A stretch of DNA of 63,494 bases, counting the filler, from Folioceros fuciformis (taxonomy: Eukaryota): assembly GCA_049999805.1 (NCBI GenBank). It is 9 parts of 8 records of this genome, joined end to end, with 100 filler letters (N's around TTAATTAATTAA, not from the genome) between each part and the next. Parts side by side here need not be neighbours in the genome. Positions count along the whole stretch, not along the records: positions 1 to 7,213 come from JBNGIO010005558.1; positions 7,314 to 12,857 come from JBNGIO010005560.1; 7 more parts are not named here. One strand, 5' to 3'. The notes below the pieces were generated by a model. That model had not been told where the DNA came from and searched no databases. It was given only the letters and a program-made list of their open reading frames with translations. Made by a program: the position numbers and the translations under genes. Shown here piece by piece: positions 1 through 10,017 of the stretch (positions within the stretch are counted from its first letter, which is position 1; every line of letters starts with the position of its first letter).

Positions 1-672
1 AATGCGAGGTTTCTTGCCTGTCCATCTTTCATATGGTGTGATTGATCTCAACTCCTTCATAGGAAGCCGATTCTGGATGTAGTTGGTAGCCATGAGGGCC
101 TCCACCCAGAAACCACAAGTGAGGCCAGCAAAAAGTAAACTCGCCAAGGTGGCCTCCTGCAGTGTTCTGTTCTTTCGCTTAGCAAAGGAGTTTTGTGCTG
201 GAGTGTAGGGCACAGTGAATTGATGATGAATCCCTTCAGCTTTGCAAAAATCTTGGAAAGCAGGGCTGGTATACTCACCACTATTGTCTGTACAGAGAAT
301 CTTCACACGGGCACCAATTTGCCTTTGTGCATACCTCACAAGAGACTGGAAGCACTCAAGGGCTTCACTTTTGTGCTTGAGCAAATATACGGTGCAGTAC
401 TGGCTCCACTCGTCTACAAATGTGATAAAATATGATGCACCTCCCAAAGAAGCTGTCGATATGGGGCCGCAAATGTCACTGTGAATTGTTTTAAGGACTG
501 TCCTTGCACGGGTAAGGTGCTTGTCCTGGTAAGGCAAGGAATGTGCCTTGTTCATTACACATGAGTCACAAAAAGGGCTGGACTCTGGGATGAAGTTGAG
601 GGTATCTCTAAAACTACCACTATGAGCTAGAGATGACAATTTTTGAAAATTAACATGGCCAAGGCGACAGTG

Positions 673-2244
673 CTAGAGATGCATGGTGGGTTTCGCCTGG
701 AGGGCATGTGCAGATGGAATGGTAGGAGTTTCCAAAGTTAAGACATCAAGCATGTACAAGTCATTATACGGGTGGCCAGAAAACAACTTGTGATTGGAGT
801 TGGGGCTAAATATATGACAACCTGTGTGGTCGAAGCAGACTTGACACAAGTGTTCTTGGGTGAGTTTGTAAATAGACATGAGGTTCTTCGTCATAGTTGG
901 GACATAGAGTACTCCTGATGGGGTGAGACTCCCATGCCCAGGTAATTGTATCATGACACAACCTATGCCCTTTATTGATAAACCACTATCATCACCTAAC
1001 AGCACAAACTGCTTATCATCCTTAGAGGAAACAAAAGATGAGAAGGCACGCCTGTCTAGACATATGTGACTTGTAGCAACTGAATCTAGAAACCACTTAT
1101 CTTGTTGGACAGTGATAGAATTCACACAAACAGCAAGTATTGAAGGCGACTTGGCTCTGCCCACGGCTACATCGGACTCTGGAAGAGTTGACTCCTTTCT
1201 GGGTTCACCATTGCTCTTCTTTCTGCAGTCCCTCTCATAATGCCCTGGTATTTTACACCAGTTGCATGTAAAAGTTTTCTTCTGCAAGTTGGGCAGCCTT
1301 GATGAAGGTGGATTGAACGAGCCTCTTCCACGACCTCGTCCACGATCTCCTCCACGCCCACGTGAGGCAAACAGCACCCGATTGCTGTTGTTGCTTGTAG
1401 AGCCTCTATTCTTATGAAGAGTCCTTGACCTTTCTTCCGCCAAGAGTGCTCCAAGGACTTCCTCCAAGGTAACAGCAGGCATGTTCCCAGTTGTTGCTGC
1501 CTGAACTGCCGCTTGAATAGTTGCATTTTGTGAACTCACCAACTGTTCGTAGGCTTCTGGCAGAGAAGCAAGAAGGCTTACAGCAGCCTGAACTTCTGTT
1601 AAAACAGTGCCACAGCAAGCCAAGTTAGCCCTCAAGGTCCTAAACTTGTGTATATAGCCCTCGACGGGCTCAGAGTCCTTCATCCGCAAGTTGAAAAAAT
1701 CACGGTATGCATGCACCATCGAGGCTGAGCTTTTGTCTTCATAGATGAGTTTGAATGCCTTCCACATAGCATTAGAGGCGGCTGCACCTATTGTATGAGG
1801 CATCATAGTTCTATCTAGGGAGGCAATCAATATTGATCGAGCCCTCCTATCCTTCCGCTGCCAAGCTAGGACATTTTCTGGTGGGGATGCAGGACAGGCT
1901 TTTGAGTCGTCTACAACGCCCATCAACTCATTCTCATCAAAGATCTGCGTTAGCCTCATGGACCAGATAGCATAATCGGTCCCATTAAACCTGTTTTTGT
2001 CCCTGAACTCTATTTTGAGAGGAACGACACTAGGAGTTGCTATGAGGATAGGGGCAAGAGTGCCACCTGACATATTTGCTAAGACAGTGTTACTCACCAA
2101 CCTGAACTGCGACCTATGCTCAAGAAGCAACCTAGACTGCGCTGCATGAGGAGAGAAATCAAAAAGTGAGTAATCCACAAACTCGATGTCAAAATCGTGA
2201 AAAAGATAAGGCAAATCAGCAGTGTTGTCCTCCTCAGGTTGCAT
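673..2244 (-). CDS. Copia gag-protease ORF, ending at a premature stop
   Basis: RFNGTDYAIWSMRL gag start, CNWCKIPGHYERDC knuckle, WFLDSVATSH protease motif, VLYVPTMTKNLMS. Confidence 0.85.
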   Translation of the reverse strand: MQPEEDNTADLPYLFHDFDIEFVDYSLFDFSPHAAQSRLLLEHRSQFRLVSNTVLANMSGGTLAPILIATPSVVPLKIEFRDKNRFNGTDYAIWSMRLTQIFDENELMGVVDDSKACPASPPENVLAWQRKDRRARSILIASLDRTMMPHTIGAAASNAMWKAFKLIYEDKSSASMVHAYRDFFNLRMKDSEPVEGYIHKFRTLRANLACCGTVLTEVQAAVSLLASLPEAYEQLVSSQNATIQAAVQAATTGNMPAVTLEEVLGALLAEERSRTLHKNRGSTSNNSNRVLFASRGRGGDRGRGRGRGSFNPPSSRLPNLQKKTFTCNWCKIPGHYERDCRKKSNGEPRKESTLPESDVAVGRAKSPSILAVCVNSITVQQDKWFLDSVATSHICLDRRAFSSFVSSKDDKQFVLLGDDSGLSIKGIGCVMIQLPGHGSLTPSGVLYVPTMTKNLMSIYKLTQEHLCQVCFDHTGCHIFSPNSNHKLFSGHPYNDLYMLDVLTLETPTIPSAHALQAKPTMHL

Positions 2245-2731
2245 ATGACATAGATTCTCAGAGTATCAAAGAACAATGCCCAGACATTGAGACCTGTTTG
2301 TCAAGACTTAAAGCAGAAAGATGATCCTGAAAAATCTCATGAAGAATCTGGATAGATTCAGAAAGGCAGTCAATCAACTCCTTTTGAGCGTGCAGGCGTT
2401 GCAGATTGGGGACAAGGAGGTGGACCAAAGATCTGGCAGTGACGCGGGTTGAAGACAGTGTTCTTCGCATTCTCGTAAAAGGGCTAGCAATAGGTCAAAT
2501 CTCAAACGGTTGTGCGCTCATAAAACAACTAGCTCTTAGGCCATGGAGCTAAACAATATGGAAGGCGGTGTTGGGCGTGATGTGCACTTTTCCTCCTCTC
2601 TGCACTCGGGGCAAAGCAGGCCGGAAATTGCAATTGGACGAGGCAGTTGGGTACGCTTATCACCGGCCTTTGTGTAATGCTTCGGCATCCTAGAGATTGG
2701 CTGGTTAATCGCTCATATGCAGAGAATCATG

Positions 2732-2743
2732 GCTCTAATACCA
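2732..2743 (-). promoter_or_regulatory. Primer binding site (tRNA-iMet), one mismatch
   Basis: TGGTATTAGAGC versus canonical TGGTATCAGAGC, upstream of gag. Confidence 0.8.
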
Positions 2744-2957
2744 TAAAGTATTCCCAACCTCATCTATTGGAAGCACCTCGAAGCAAGCAAGCGAATGATC
2801 GTGAGAAGCCAAAAATGTATTTAGAGAGAGCGAGCGATTGATGCACAAAGATGTTCTTAAGTAGAGATGGATGAAGATGGATGAAGACGGTTTTCATAAC
2901 CGCTGTAACTACACGGGCAACTACACTAACTAAAAGATGAATCCTATGCTTTTTTTA

Positions 2958-4362
2958 TCTACCATTAGTATGTCCTCCCTTGGACGGGTTCGCATGCAGA
3001 GTTCTCACCCCGTCCACCTCACCGTGAGTAAGAGTATCTGCCCCATTCTCAAATGAACTCGAGGTTGGTGCAGCCACATGACCTGTTGTCTGGGCAAGTA
3101 AAAACTCGTTCTGTCGCAACAACAACTCGTAAGGAGGTAACTGGCTCGAGGTTGTTGATGCTGAGCGAGGCTCCTTGTCTCTAGAAAAAGAAACAGTTCG
3201 TCCTCTCTTGCCCACCGCACGCCATACCGCCTCCCGTGAAACCGAGGGTCCAGGCTCCTACCATGGATGCTTCCACCTCCTGAGCATTCGGGGGAGCTCA
3301 GCACTCTCCTCCCTCTGATTCACTTCCATAGGAGTAGCCATGTCACAATCCAGCGAGTCCGAACATATAAGTTCCCAAACACCTGGCAGCGAAATTTGAG
3401 AGGCTAGCCATCCCAGCAAGCCAAGGTGGGCTTTGAACACCACTCATGTAGCCAGAGTCACCTTTCCTCTCCCAAATTTAGCATCCTTGAGAGAAGCATT
3501 GGCCTGAGCTTCAGGGATCTATTGCGATAGATGTGCTTCCGGGATCCTGCACTCTTCACCAACTCCACAAAAGTGTTCACATATATAAAAATGAAGAGAC
3601 GTCATCATACCTGTAGCACACAGTACTATGCCTAGCAAGGTTAACGCAAGTAGAGACAACCAACTCATCCATGGACAGCCCCGCCTTTAAGATCACCGTC
3701 AGTTTCCCTTTGGCTGCATCCCGTAACGGAGCTAGAGCATCACCTGTGTGCGAACCTAAGAAGATTGGCCGGGTGGGAAGACTGGGATCTCGCCAGACCT
3801 TGGCAACCAATAATATCTTGCCTAGCCGATGGATTTCCTCTTGATCAGGCACATTTTAACTTGAACATTGGGAGTACGGATCGAACCGGGAAATAAAAAG
3901 CACTGGAGCTTGCTAGCCCACTGATTACGTGCTGTACTATGCTGACAGTTCGCTTTGGGCACTCCCTGAAAACCGGGTAAAGGCCCTTGCTGCAGGTAAT
4001 CTGGCTCCCCCTATCTACATCCTGCAGCAGGTCGTAAAGGATAACACGGCACGCTGTTTCAAGTGAGTGTGAAAACCACAGAGACTGCATCTTCGCGGGA
4101 GATCAGGATAATCAAGAAGCTGTGCGAAGCACTTAGTAGAATTCTCACGACCTTTGACAATCGCCTCTGAAGGCAAAGCCGTTAACGACAACGGCTCGTC
4201 TACTTGTCCGAAGAACTTCTCTTCGGTCAGAATGTTCCCAAGAGGACCGAGTTGTATGTCCTCCACACCGCTAGCCAAAGGCGGTTCCTGTCCTTGCCGG
4301 CAATGGCTCTTCCCAAGGTAAGCTGAGGAGGCATAGACGGGTGCTCGTACGGATGGAGGCAC
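2958..4362 (-). pseudogene. Degenerate ORF of unknown identity (overlapping frameshifted fragments)
   Basis: Minus-strand ORFs 4015-4362, 3845-4090, 3577-3852, 3258-3443 and 2955-3215 mostly overlap or abut; no motif recognised. Confidence 0.3.
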
Positions 4363-5147
4363 GTTAAGTAATCAAACTAATGGTCAGTGATGTAAGCAGG
4401 ACAAGCGTCTCGTCTCGTGTTTTGCAGCCCAATAGGACGTCCCTAGCTGAACTGTGCATGGTCTAATAGTCAAAGCCCTGCTGCATGTCACCATCGTAGT
4501 TATAGCAAAGCTTTGAAAAGCTTAGAGTGGACCTTTCGGTTCAATTATAAATTTGCATAGACGTGCACTAGGGAAGTGGCCACCTCCAGACAACCCGTGG
4601 GTGGAGTGGCTGCCCAACTGAGAGGCCCTCCAGCTTGCACATGCCATATTTGCTGGACTGATCTATGTAAGAAAAGCTTCAAACCAGCAACAGAAGTGAC
4701 GTGGTCAGACAGAGTGAACGTTAGGCCTCTCTCCTCTTGCATTTCTACATTTGTGCATTCACGGCGTTATATTCCATGTCATCCCAGTGGTGTGTTCATC
4801 TTGCCAAAAATCTGGCGTGCAGATCCTTGTCGCACACGCTTACCACTTGTAGTACAAAAGGGGCTGAGCCACAGTTTCCTGTGGGAAATACATTACGAAG
4901 AGACCTGGGAAGGAGGTAGACCAGGGGGTAAGGCTAGGAAGAGTGGTGAGGGAATCAGGTTCTCGATCGTTTGGAGCCCCAATAGATTTCTTTCTTCAAG
5001 AATTCAAGTGGATACAATTAAATAGATGTAGACAAAAGTGCTGTCCACAAGCAGACCAGATTGCCGGATACGAGGAAGTGGACAAGATTCCCGCGCGCGC
5101 AGTACACAAATAACACTCACAGTACTCTCAAACAGCACAGATATTTT

Positions 5148-6400
5148 CTAGTCTCTCTTCCAATTCGGGAATTCCAGCCAGGGATCCACGCAGTGAATGC
5201 TGTCTATCCGAAAGGATCCTTTGTAGGGACAGGAGGGAAGCCACCTCCAAGCCAAGGGCGTTTGTCTGAAATCGACGACCGCGACCTTGTCCAGGTTGTC
5301 GTACATGATATAGAGTTCGTCCCGTCCCCCAACGACCCGGATGTGCCGAGACAATTCGTACCAGAACAGGGAACGATGCGAAGCTTTGCTCATGAATTCC
5401 TCCAACATGTCATCGGGCATGACACCCACGATGACCCAAGCCAAGGTCGCGAAATCGAGTTGCCGTATCTCCAATCTCCTTTGACCATTCCACCCCCAGG
5501 CCTCCCTGCCGTCGCCCAAGGACAAGAGGTAGTCCCGTATTCCAATGACGCTGGGGTTGCGTATAAAGAAATAAATAGGCTTGACCACATTCAACCGACC
5601 CCACCTAACCCGCTCTAGGTCGAAGTATTGCACACCCCAGTCCCCGTTATGGAAGTATAGCACGGTGTCGATAAACACTCCCTGTTGAGTGGAGAGGATC
5701 CCGGCCGCGGGCAAGAAAGGGAACGCCTTATGCCAACTCCCCACCGTGGAATCGAAGACAAATGTAGCCGCTGATTCCCTACACGCTAGATCCAAAGGAT
5801 GCATCCGGCCGTCGCGCACCCCTACCACCTTGAAGCATAGCGCTGTGGCGTCCACGAAGACGCCTCGCACATCCCCCACCCGCAGAGGAACCGGGAGCTC
5901 CGGTAGCCTGGCCCATGAGCTGGTCAAGGGGTTACCAACGTAGGTCAAGTCCAAAGGTCCACCCGGCGCGCTCTGCCTGACGCACGCAAGCACGCCACCT
6001 CCAAGAGACACCGAGGCCACGTGTCCCTGCGGGCAGGTTTGCATCCATATGGGCAGCTGGGATTGGTACCATCTATCCAAGGCAGGGTCGTAATGCAGGA
6101 TGTGGCGCCGGAATCACCGTAGCCCGTCACGAACATCATCCATTGGTCCGGCACACCTCCTCGAGATGCTAGCCGCTCCCGCGAAAAGTAGGGCGACGCT
6201 ACCACCTCCTCGCAAGCCTGCTTCCAAGCTTTGCACGCAGCAGACGACCGCAACAGGCTCACCAGCGGCAGCTTCACCAGGATCTGCGCCACGACGTCGT
6301 CAGGGAGCTTGCCTTTGCTCCACTCCAAGACAGCCCCCTGCGCATCGGCATCCACACCCGCATCCTCGTGGGACCCTTCCTCCGCCGGTAGGGCTAACAT
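5148..6400 (-). pseudogene. Intronless F-box / kelch-like beta-propeller gene with one frameshift at ~6092
   Basis: F-box KLPDDVVAQILVKLPLVSLLRSSAACKAWK in ORF 5945-6400; the frame switches to YDPALDRWY...VGNPLTSSWARLPELP...VFDSTVGSW...GVFIDTVLYF in ORF 5148-6080, typical of plant F-box/kelch-like proteins. Confidence 0.8.
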
Positions 6401-6678
6401 CGCAAGCCACTGAAGTTTAGGGTATAGGCGAACCGGCCCCTAAAACAACGGTCCAACTCTGTCGGTTATATGGATTGAAGACACAATTAATGTTGGTTCA
6501 ATGGATTGAAGTATACGTGCATGGACTTCCAATCAGGACCGGAATTTCGCTTTGGCATGCATCCAAGGATCCACTTCCGCCACCCCTTACGGAAGTGAGA
6601 TGCAATAAAGCAGGAAAGGATATTTTATTGACGAGCACTTGGGCTATTTATGCAATGCACTCACGGCGGGTATTACTA

Positions 6679-7213
6679 CAGTCAGACCCTCTAATTGGGA
6701 AGAATTGGGAGTAGTAAAACTTGTCCCATTTAGAGGGGTTCCATTTAGGCATTTTCATTTTTTTTGAAAATAAAAATATTTAAAAAATCATAAAATCTTT
6801 CAAATCAAAAATTCGAAAGAGCTTAAAAGCTTCCAAAAAATCCAAAATGCTCCCTCATACTTGCCAAGCTAATTCTAGTTTGCTGGGTTAAAATAATCAT
6901 CAATCCTTGATTGATGTTGAGTTGCTTTCATCCAATGACTAGCAATATGTTTTTCCAACTGAGAATGCAACTTCAAAGCATCAAAGAGTGTTATGTGGCA
7001 TCTCTTTCAAAACATCTTCGTTATCCTCATAGCATTATCTACAGCATTCTTTGTCGTACACGGTCTTGGCGCTATGGTCTCCACTAACGTTGTATCATTC
7101 TCCTCACCCTCTTCATTAACAGGTGGAGGGATTAATGCTTGCCATATTTCGTCCTTTGTTGGAATATGTGGAAAATGCGTGAATAGTTAGGTTTAACATT
7201 TAATAGCCAGACT
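6679..7213 (-). mobile_element. pogo/Tigger-like (Tc1-mariner) DNA transposon, 3' end
   Basis: TA (6677-6678) followed by a CAGTCAGACCCTCTAATTGGGA terminus and an inverted subterminal copy (gtcccatttagagggg, ~6723-6738); minus-strand transposase-like C-terminus ending QSRIDDYFNPAN* (6875-6913); cut by a gap. Confidence 0.6.
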
Positions 7214-7257
7214 NNNNNNNNNNNNNNNNNNNNNNNNNNNNNNNNNNNNNNNNNNNN

Positions 7258-7269
7258 TTAATTAATTAA
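7258..7269. other. Artificial gap linker TTAATTAATTAA in N-runs (also at 12902, 28976, 39233, 43362, 46237, 51662, 56273)
   Basis: Identical 12-mer with stops in all six frames, centred in 100-bp N blocks; assembly artefact. Confidence 0.95.
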
Positions 7270-7313
7270 NNNNNNNNNNNNNNNNNNNNNNNNNNNNNNN
7301 NNNNNNNNNNNNN

Positions 7314-10017
7314 TGTAACAGTGCATTGCAGACCTCTAAAAGAGACATCCAGGGTGTTATGTGCTGTTAACTTACGGACAGATACCAGATTCTTGACCAT
7401 GGCTGGCACATGGAGGACATCTGTAAGAACAAGTGTTGTTCTATCTGGAAGTAGGACAGGTACTGATCCTATGCCTACAATCTGTAGACCACTATCATCC
7501 CCAAGAAGTACGAACTGACCAGGTGTAACATTCCTGTATTCAGAGAAAGACCTCTTGCAGTGGCAGATGTGGGATGAAGCCCCGGAGTCTATGAACCATA
7601 CATGCTTGTTAGATGTTGTTGACACCATACAGACTGCTAGGATGGTACTAGATTTGCGGTGAACAACATTAGACTCAGGTGGTGCTGTCCGACGGGGTTC
7701 ATTGGCCTTTTTCTTACGGCATTCAGCCTCCTAGTGGCCTGGGATTAGGCACCAGTTGCATGGACCTTTTTTCTTTGCTTAAGGTGTTGCTTGTCGCATC
7801 TTATAATTGCCACTGCTGCTATTATTTGGCCAAGGCTGACGAGGTGGTTGCTTCTTTGAGCCTCTCTGTGTGAAGAGCGCCCGGTTTGAAGTCTCTCCTC
7901 GGAGGGAGTTGCCACCTTTGCTTGCCTTACGTGTGGACTCCTCTTCAAGGAGTGCTCCAATCACGTCGGACAGAGTGACTGCAGGTGCTTGGCTTGCTGG
8001 AGTTGCCTGAGCAAGATTCCTTAGCGACGAACTTTGGTTGCTGACGAAGGTCCGGTAACTTTCTGGTAAGGATAACAGCAACGCAATAGCAGCCTGCATC
8101 TCAGTTATTTTGGTGCCACTAGAAGAAAGCTTGGATCTGAGCATCCTGAATTTGATGACATGTTGTTCAACTGATTCATGTTCTTTCATTTTCAGGTTGT
8201 AAAAGTCCCTTGTAGCGCTGACCATTGATGTTCCATTAGTCACTTGGTATACTTGAGTAAGTGAATCCCAAACAGCCTTGGTAGAGTCCACATCTCTTGT
8301 ATGGTACATCATGGTTCCATCCAGCGCTGACTGAATCACTCCCAAAGCTCTCAAATCCAATTTTTTCCAAGCATCAATGTCAGCCTGTGCTGATCCAGCT
8401 GCAGGTTTGGGTACAGCCCCTGTGACTACTCCCCAGAGGTCATGTTCCTTGAGAATGGTTTGTACCCGTAATGACCAGATGTCAAATTGTGTTCCATTAA
8501 ATCTGTCTTTTTCTTTAAAATCTACCTTTAAATAGTGTACGGTAGTATTGTTAGTCACTGTGTTGGGCTGTTGTGTACCCATATTTAAAACAGCTGCGTG
8601 TGCAGCAAGTGCAACTCTTCCTAATTGGGCTGCGTGACTATTTACAGATTCCGATGTAGTTGAGCTTGACTGCGAGGACGTGGGTTGCTGATTAAAGGAC
8701 AAAGGATCAACAACAAAATTTGGATTGGCATTTTGTTGGCGACCCCTGCCTCTACCTCTACCCCTATGGTTTGGGTTATGTAATCTTCGCCCTCGGCTGT
8801 TATATGACATGTGCCCCCTGATCACAGAGGTTGAGATGCCTCAGCCTCCAAGGCCTGAATTTGTTCAAGCTGGGTTGGAAAGGAAGCTAGGTAGGCCTGA
8901 GACATCTTTATGAAATCAGCAGTTGGATTTTGCACAATTGGAGATTTCTCTGAGGTCCTGACAGCAGGTTGTGTGTGCTGTGTTGTGTTCAGGTCATAGA
9001 CTTGTCGTGATAGCGACTCAACGTGACGGCTGAGTGAGTGGACCTTTATGGACGAAATGTGTTCTTTGGTACTATTTGATTGTGCCTTGACTAGATCCTG
9101 AATTTTTGAGTGAAGTTTATCAATTGTGCATGAAGAGGTGTCAAGCTTGCGTGAACAAGAACTACACAAATTGGTGCGTGCTAGTAGCTGTGCTCTTTGT
9201 TCTGAAATTGAGAGTGCAGCTACAATTTCTTGTCTAATTTGGTTTCTCAAATTTGCTAGTAGGTGTCACTAAGTGCATGTCCTGACTTATGTTTGAACCT
9301 GATCTGGATTGTGCAAGGGGACGACAGCAAGTTGAGAAGAAATGCTGCAAATTATGATGTTGATCAGCCACACTTTGTCCAGGCCTGCCTACAAAAGGGT
9401 CACAAGAAGGGGCGTTGCGCCTTCCTCTTTGTCTAGGCATTGCGTAGGGCTCAAGAGTAGTAGTGCTCAACTGCGCTTGCTAGAAAGATTTCTGCCATGC
9501 TCCCAAACCTGCTGAGAGAATTCTTTAATGCAGCAATTACCGCCCTGAAATGCTCATGGGGAAGGTTCTTGATGCAACAGGTGCTCTTGCAAATTTTGTA
9601 GGTGCTAGGGGGCGTAGCAGGATCCATCTAACTTCTAATCTAATTGACTGATGTGTAGGGTGTCGGACATGTCCATGTGCCTTCTGTCTAGGCGACAGAG
9701 AAGCTGCTCCTAGGCAGAAGGCTCTGTGGATGTCTCCGATGCCCGCTACACTAGCTCTGATACCATAAAGGTTAGATTAGGATCGAGCAAGAGAAAGATT
9801 AGAAGAAGAGATAATTTGCACTAGGCCGTGGGCCTTAAAAAATCGTGGAGACGACCGTTGGAGTGGTGTCCCGTGAACGGTGTCAGTTAGATTTTTAGGT
9901 CGCGACTATTAGGGTCACCGATACGAATCTAGCGATTCGTATCAGCCGCTATTTGACTTTGGCCTAATTAATTAAATAACTTAAATAACCTAAAATGCTG
10001 GATACCCTAATTCTATA
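7314..10017 (-). mobile_element. Ty1/Copia element, 5' part (LTR ~9766-10017, PBS 9754-9765, leader ORFs, gag, protease)
   Basis: PBS gctctgatacca; gag ORF 7779-8825 (DRFNGTQFDIWSLRVQ); protease WFIDSGASSHIC in the ORF ending at 7628; the LTR interrupts the RNase H tail (EQIADI) of the neighbouring element. Confidence 0.9.
7779..8825 (-). CDS. Copia gag ORF with RG- and S/T-rich N-terminal extension; frameshifted before the zinc knuckle
   Basis: UBN2-type gag motifs FYNLKMKEHESVEQHV and LLLSLPESY. Confidence 0.8.
   Translation of the reverse strand: MIRGHMSYNSRGRRLHNPNHRGRGRGRGRQQNANPNFVVDPLSFNQQPTSSQSSSTTSESVNSHAAQLGRVALAAHAAVLNMGTQQPNTVTNNTTVHYLKVDFKEKDRFNGTQFDIWSLRVQTILKEHDLWGVVTGAVPKPAAGSAQADIDAWKKLDLRALGVIQSALDGTMMYHTRDVDSTKAVWDSLTQVYQVTNGTSMVSATRDFYNLKMKEHESVEQHVIKFRMLRSKLSSSGTKITEMQAAIALLLSLPESYRTFVSNQSSSLRNLAQATPASQAPAVTLSDVIGALLEEESTRKASKGGNSLRGETSNRALFTQRGSKKQPPRQPWPNNSSSGNYKMRQATP

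Larger units (their letters stand above)
1..2957 (-). mobile_element. Ty1/Copia LTR retrotransposon, 5' part (5' LTR, PBS, gag-protease, degenerate integrase running off the window start)
   Basis: PBS-like gctctaatacca at 2732-2743 (reverse complement TGGTATTAGAGC); ORF 673-2244 with gag, CCHC knuckle and protease; 1-670 reads on the minus strand as GAG-pre-integrase/rve (IHSDICGP, ITFVDEWS, TDNSGEY, VPYTPAQN). The outer LTR boundary (~2957) is approximate. Confidence 0.9.

Noticed and set aside
4576-5025. 149-aa plus-strand ORF between the unknown pseudogene and the F-box gene
   Set aside because: Non-ATG start and no recognisable motif; likely spurious.
5061-5618. 185-aa plus-strand ORF, and other antisense ORFs over pol genes such as 57109-57786 and 58463-59176
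   Set aside because: Shadow frames opposite real coding sequence.
7214-7313. Recurring TTAATTAATTAA palindrome as a biological repeat or recombination site
   Set aside because: It is always centred in 100-bp N blocks and has stops in six frames, so it is a scaffolding linker.
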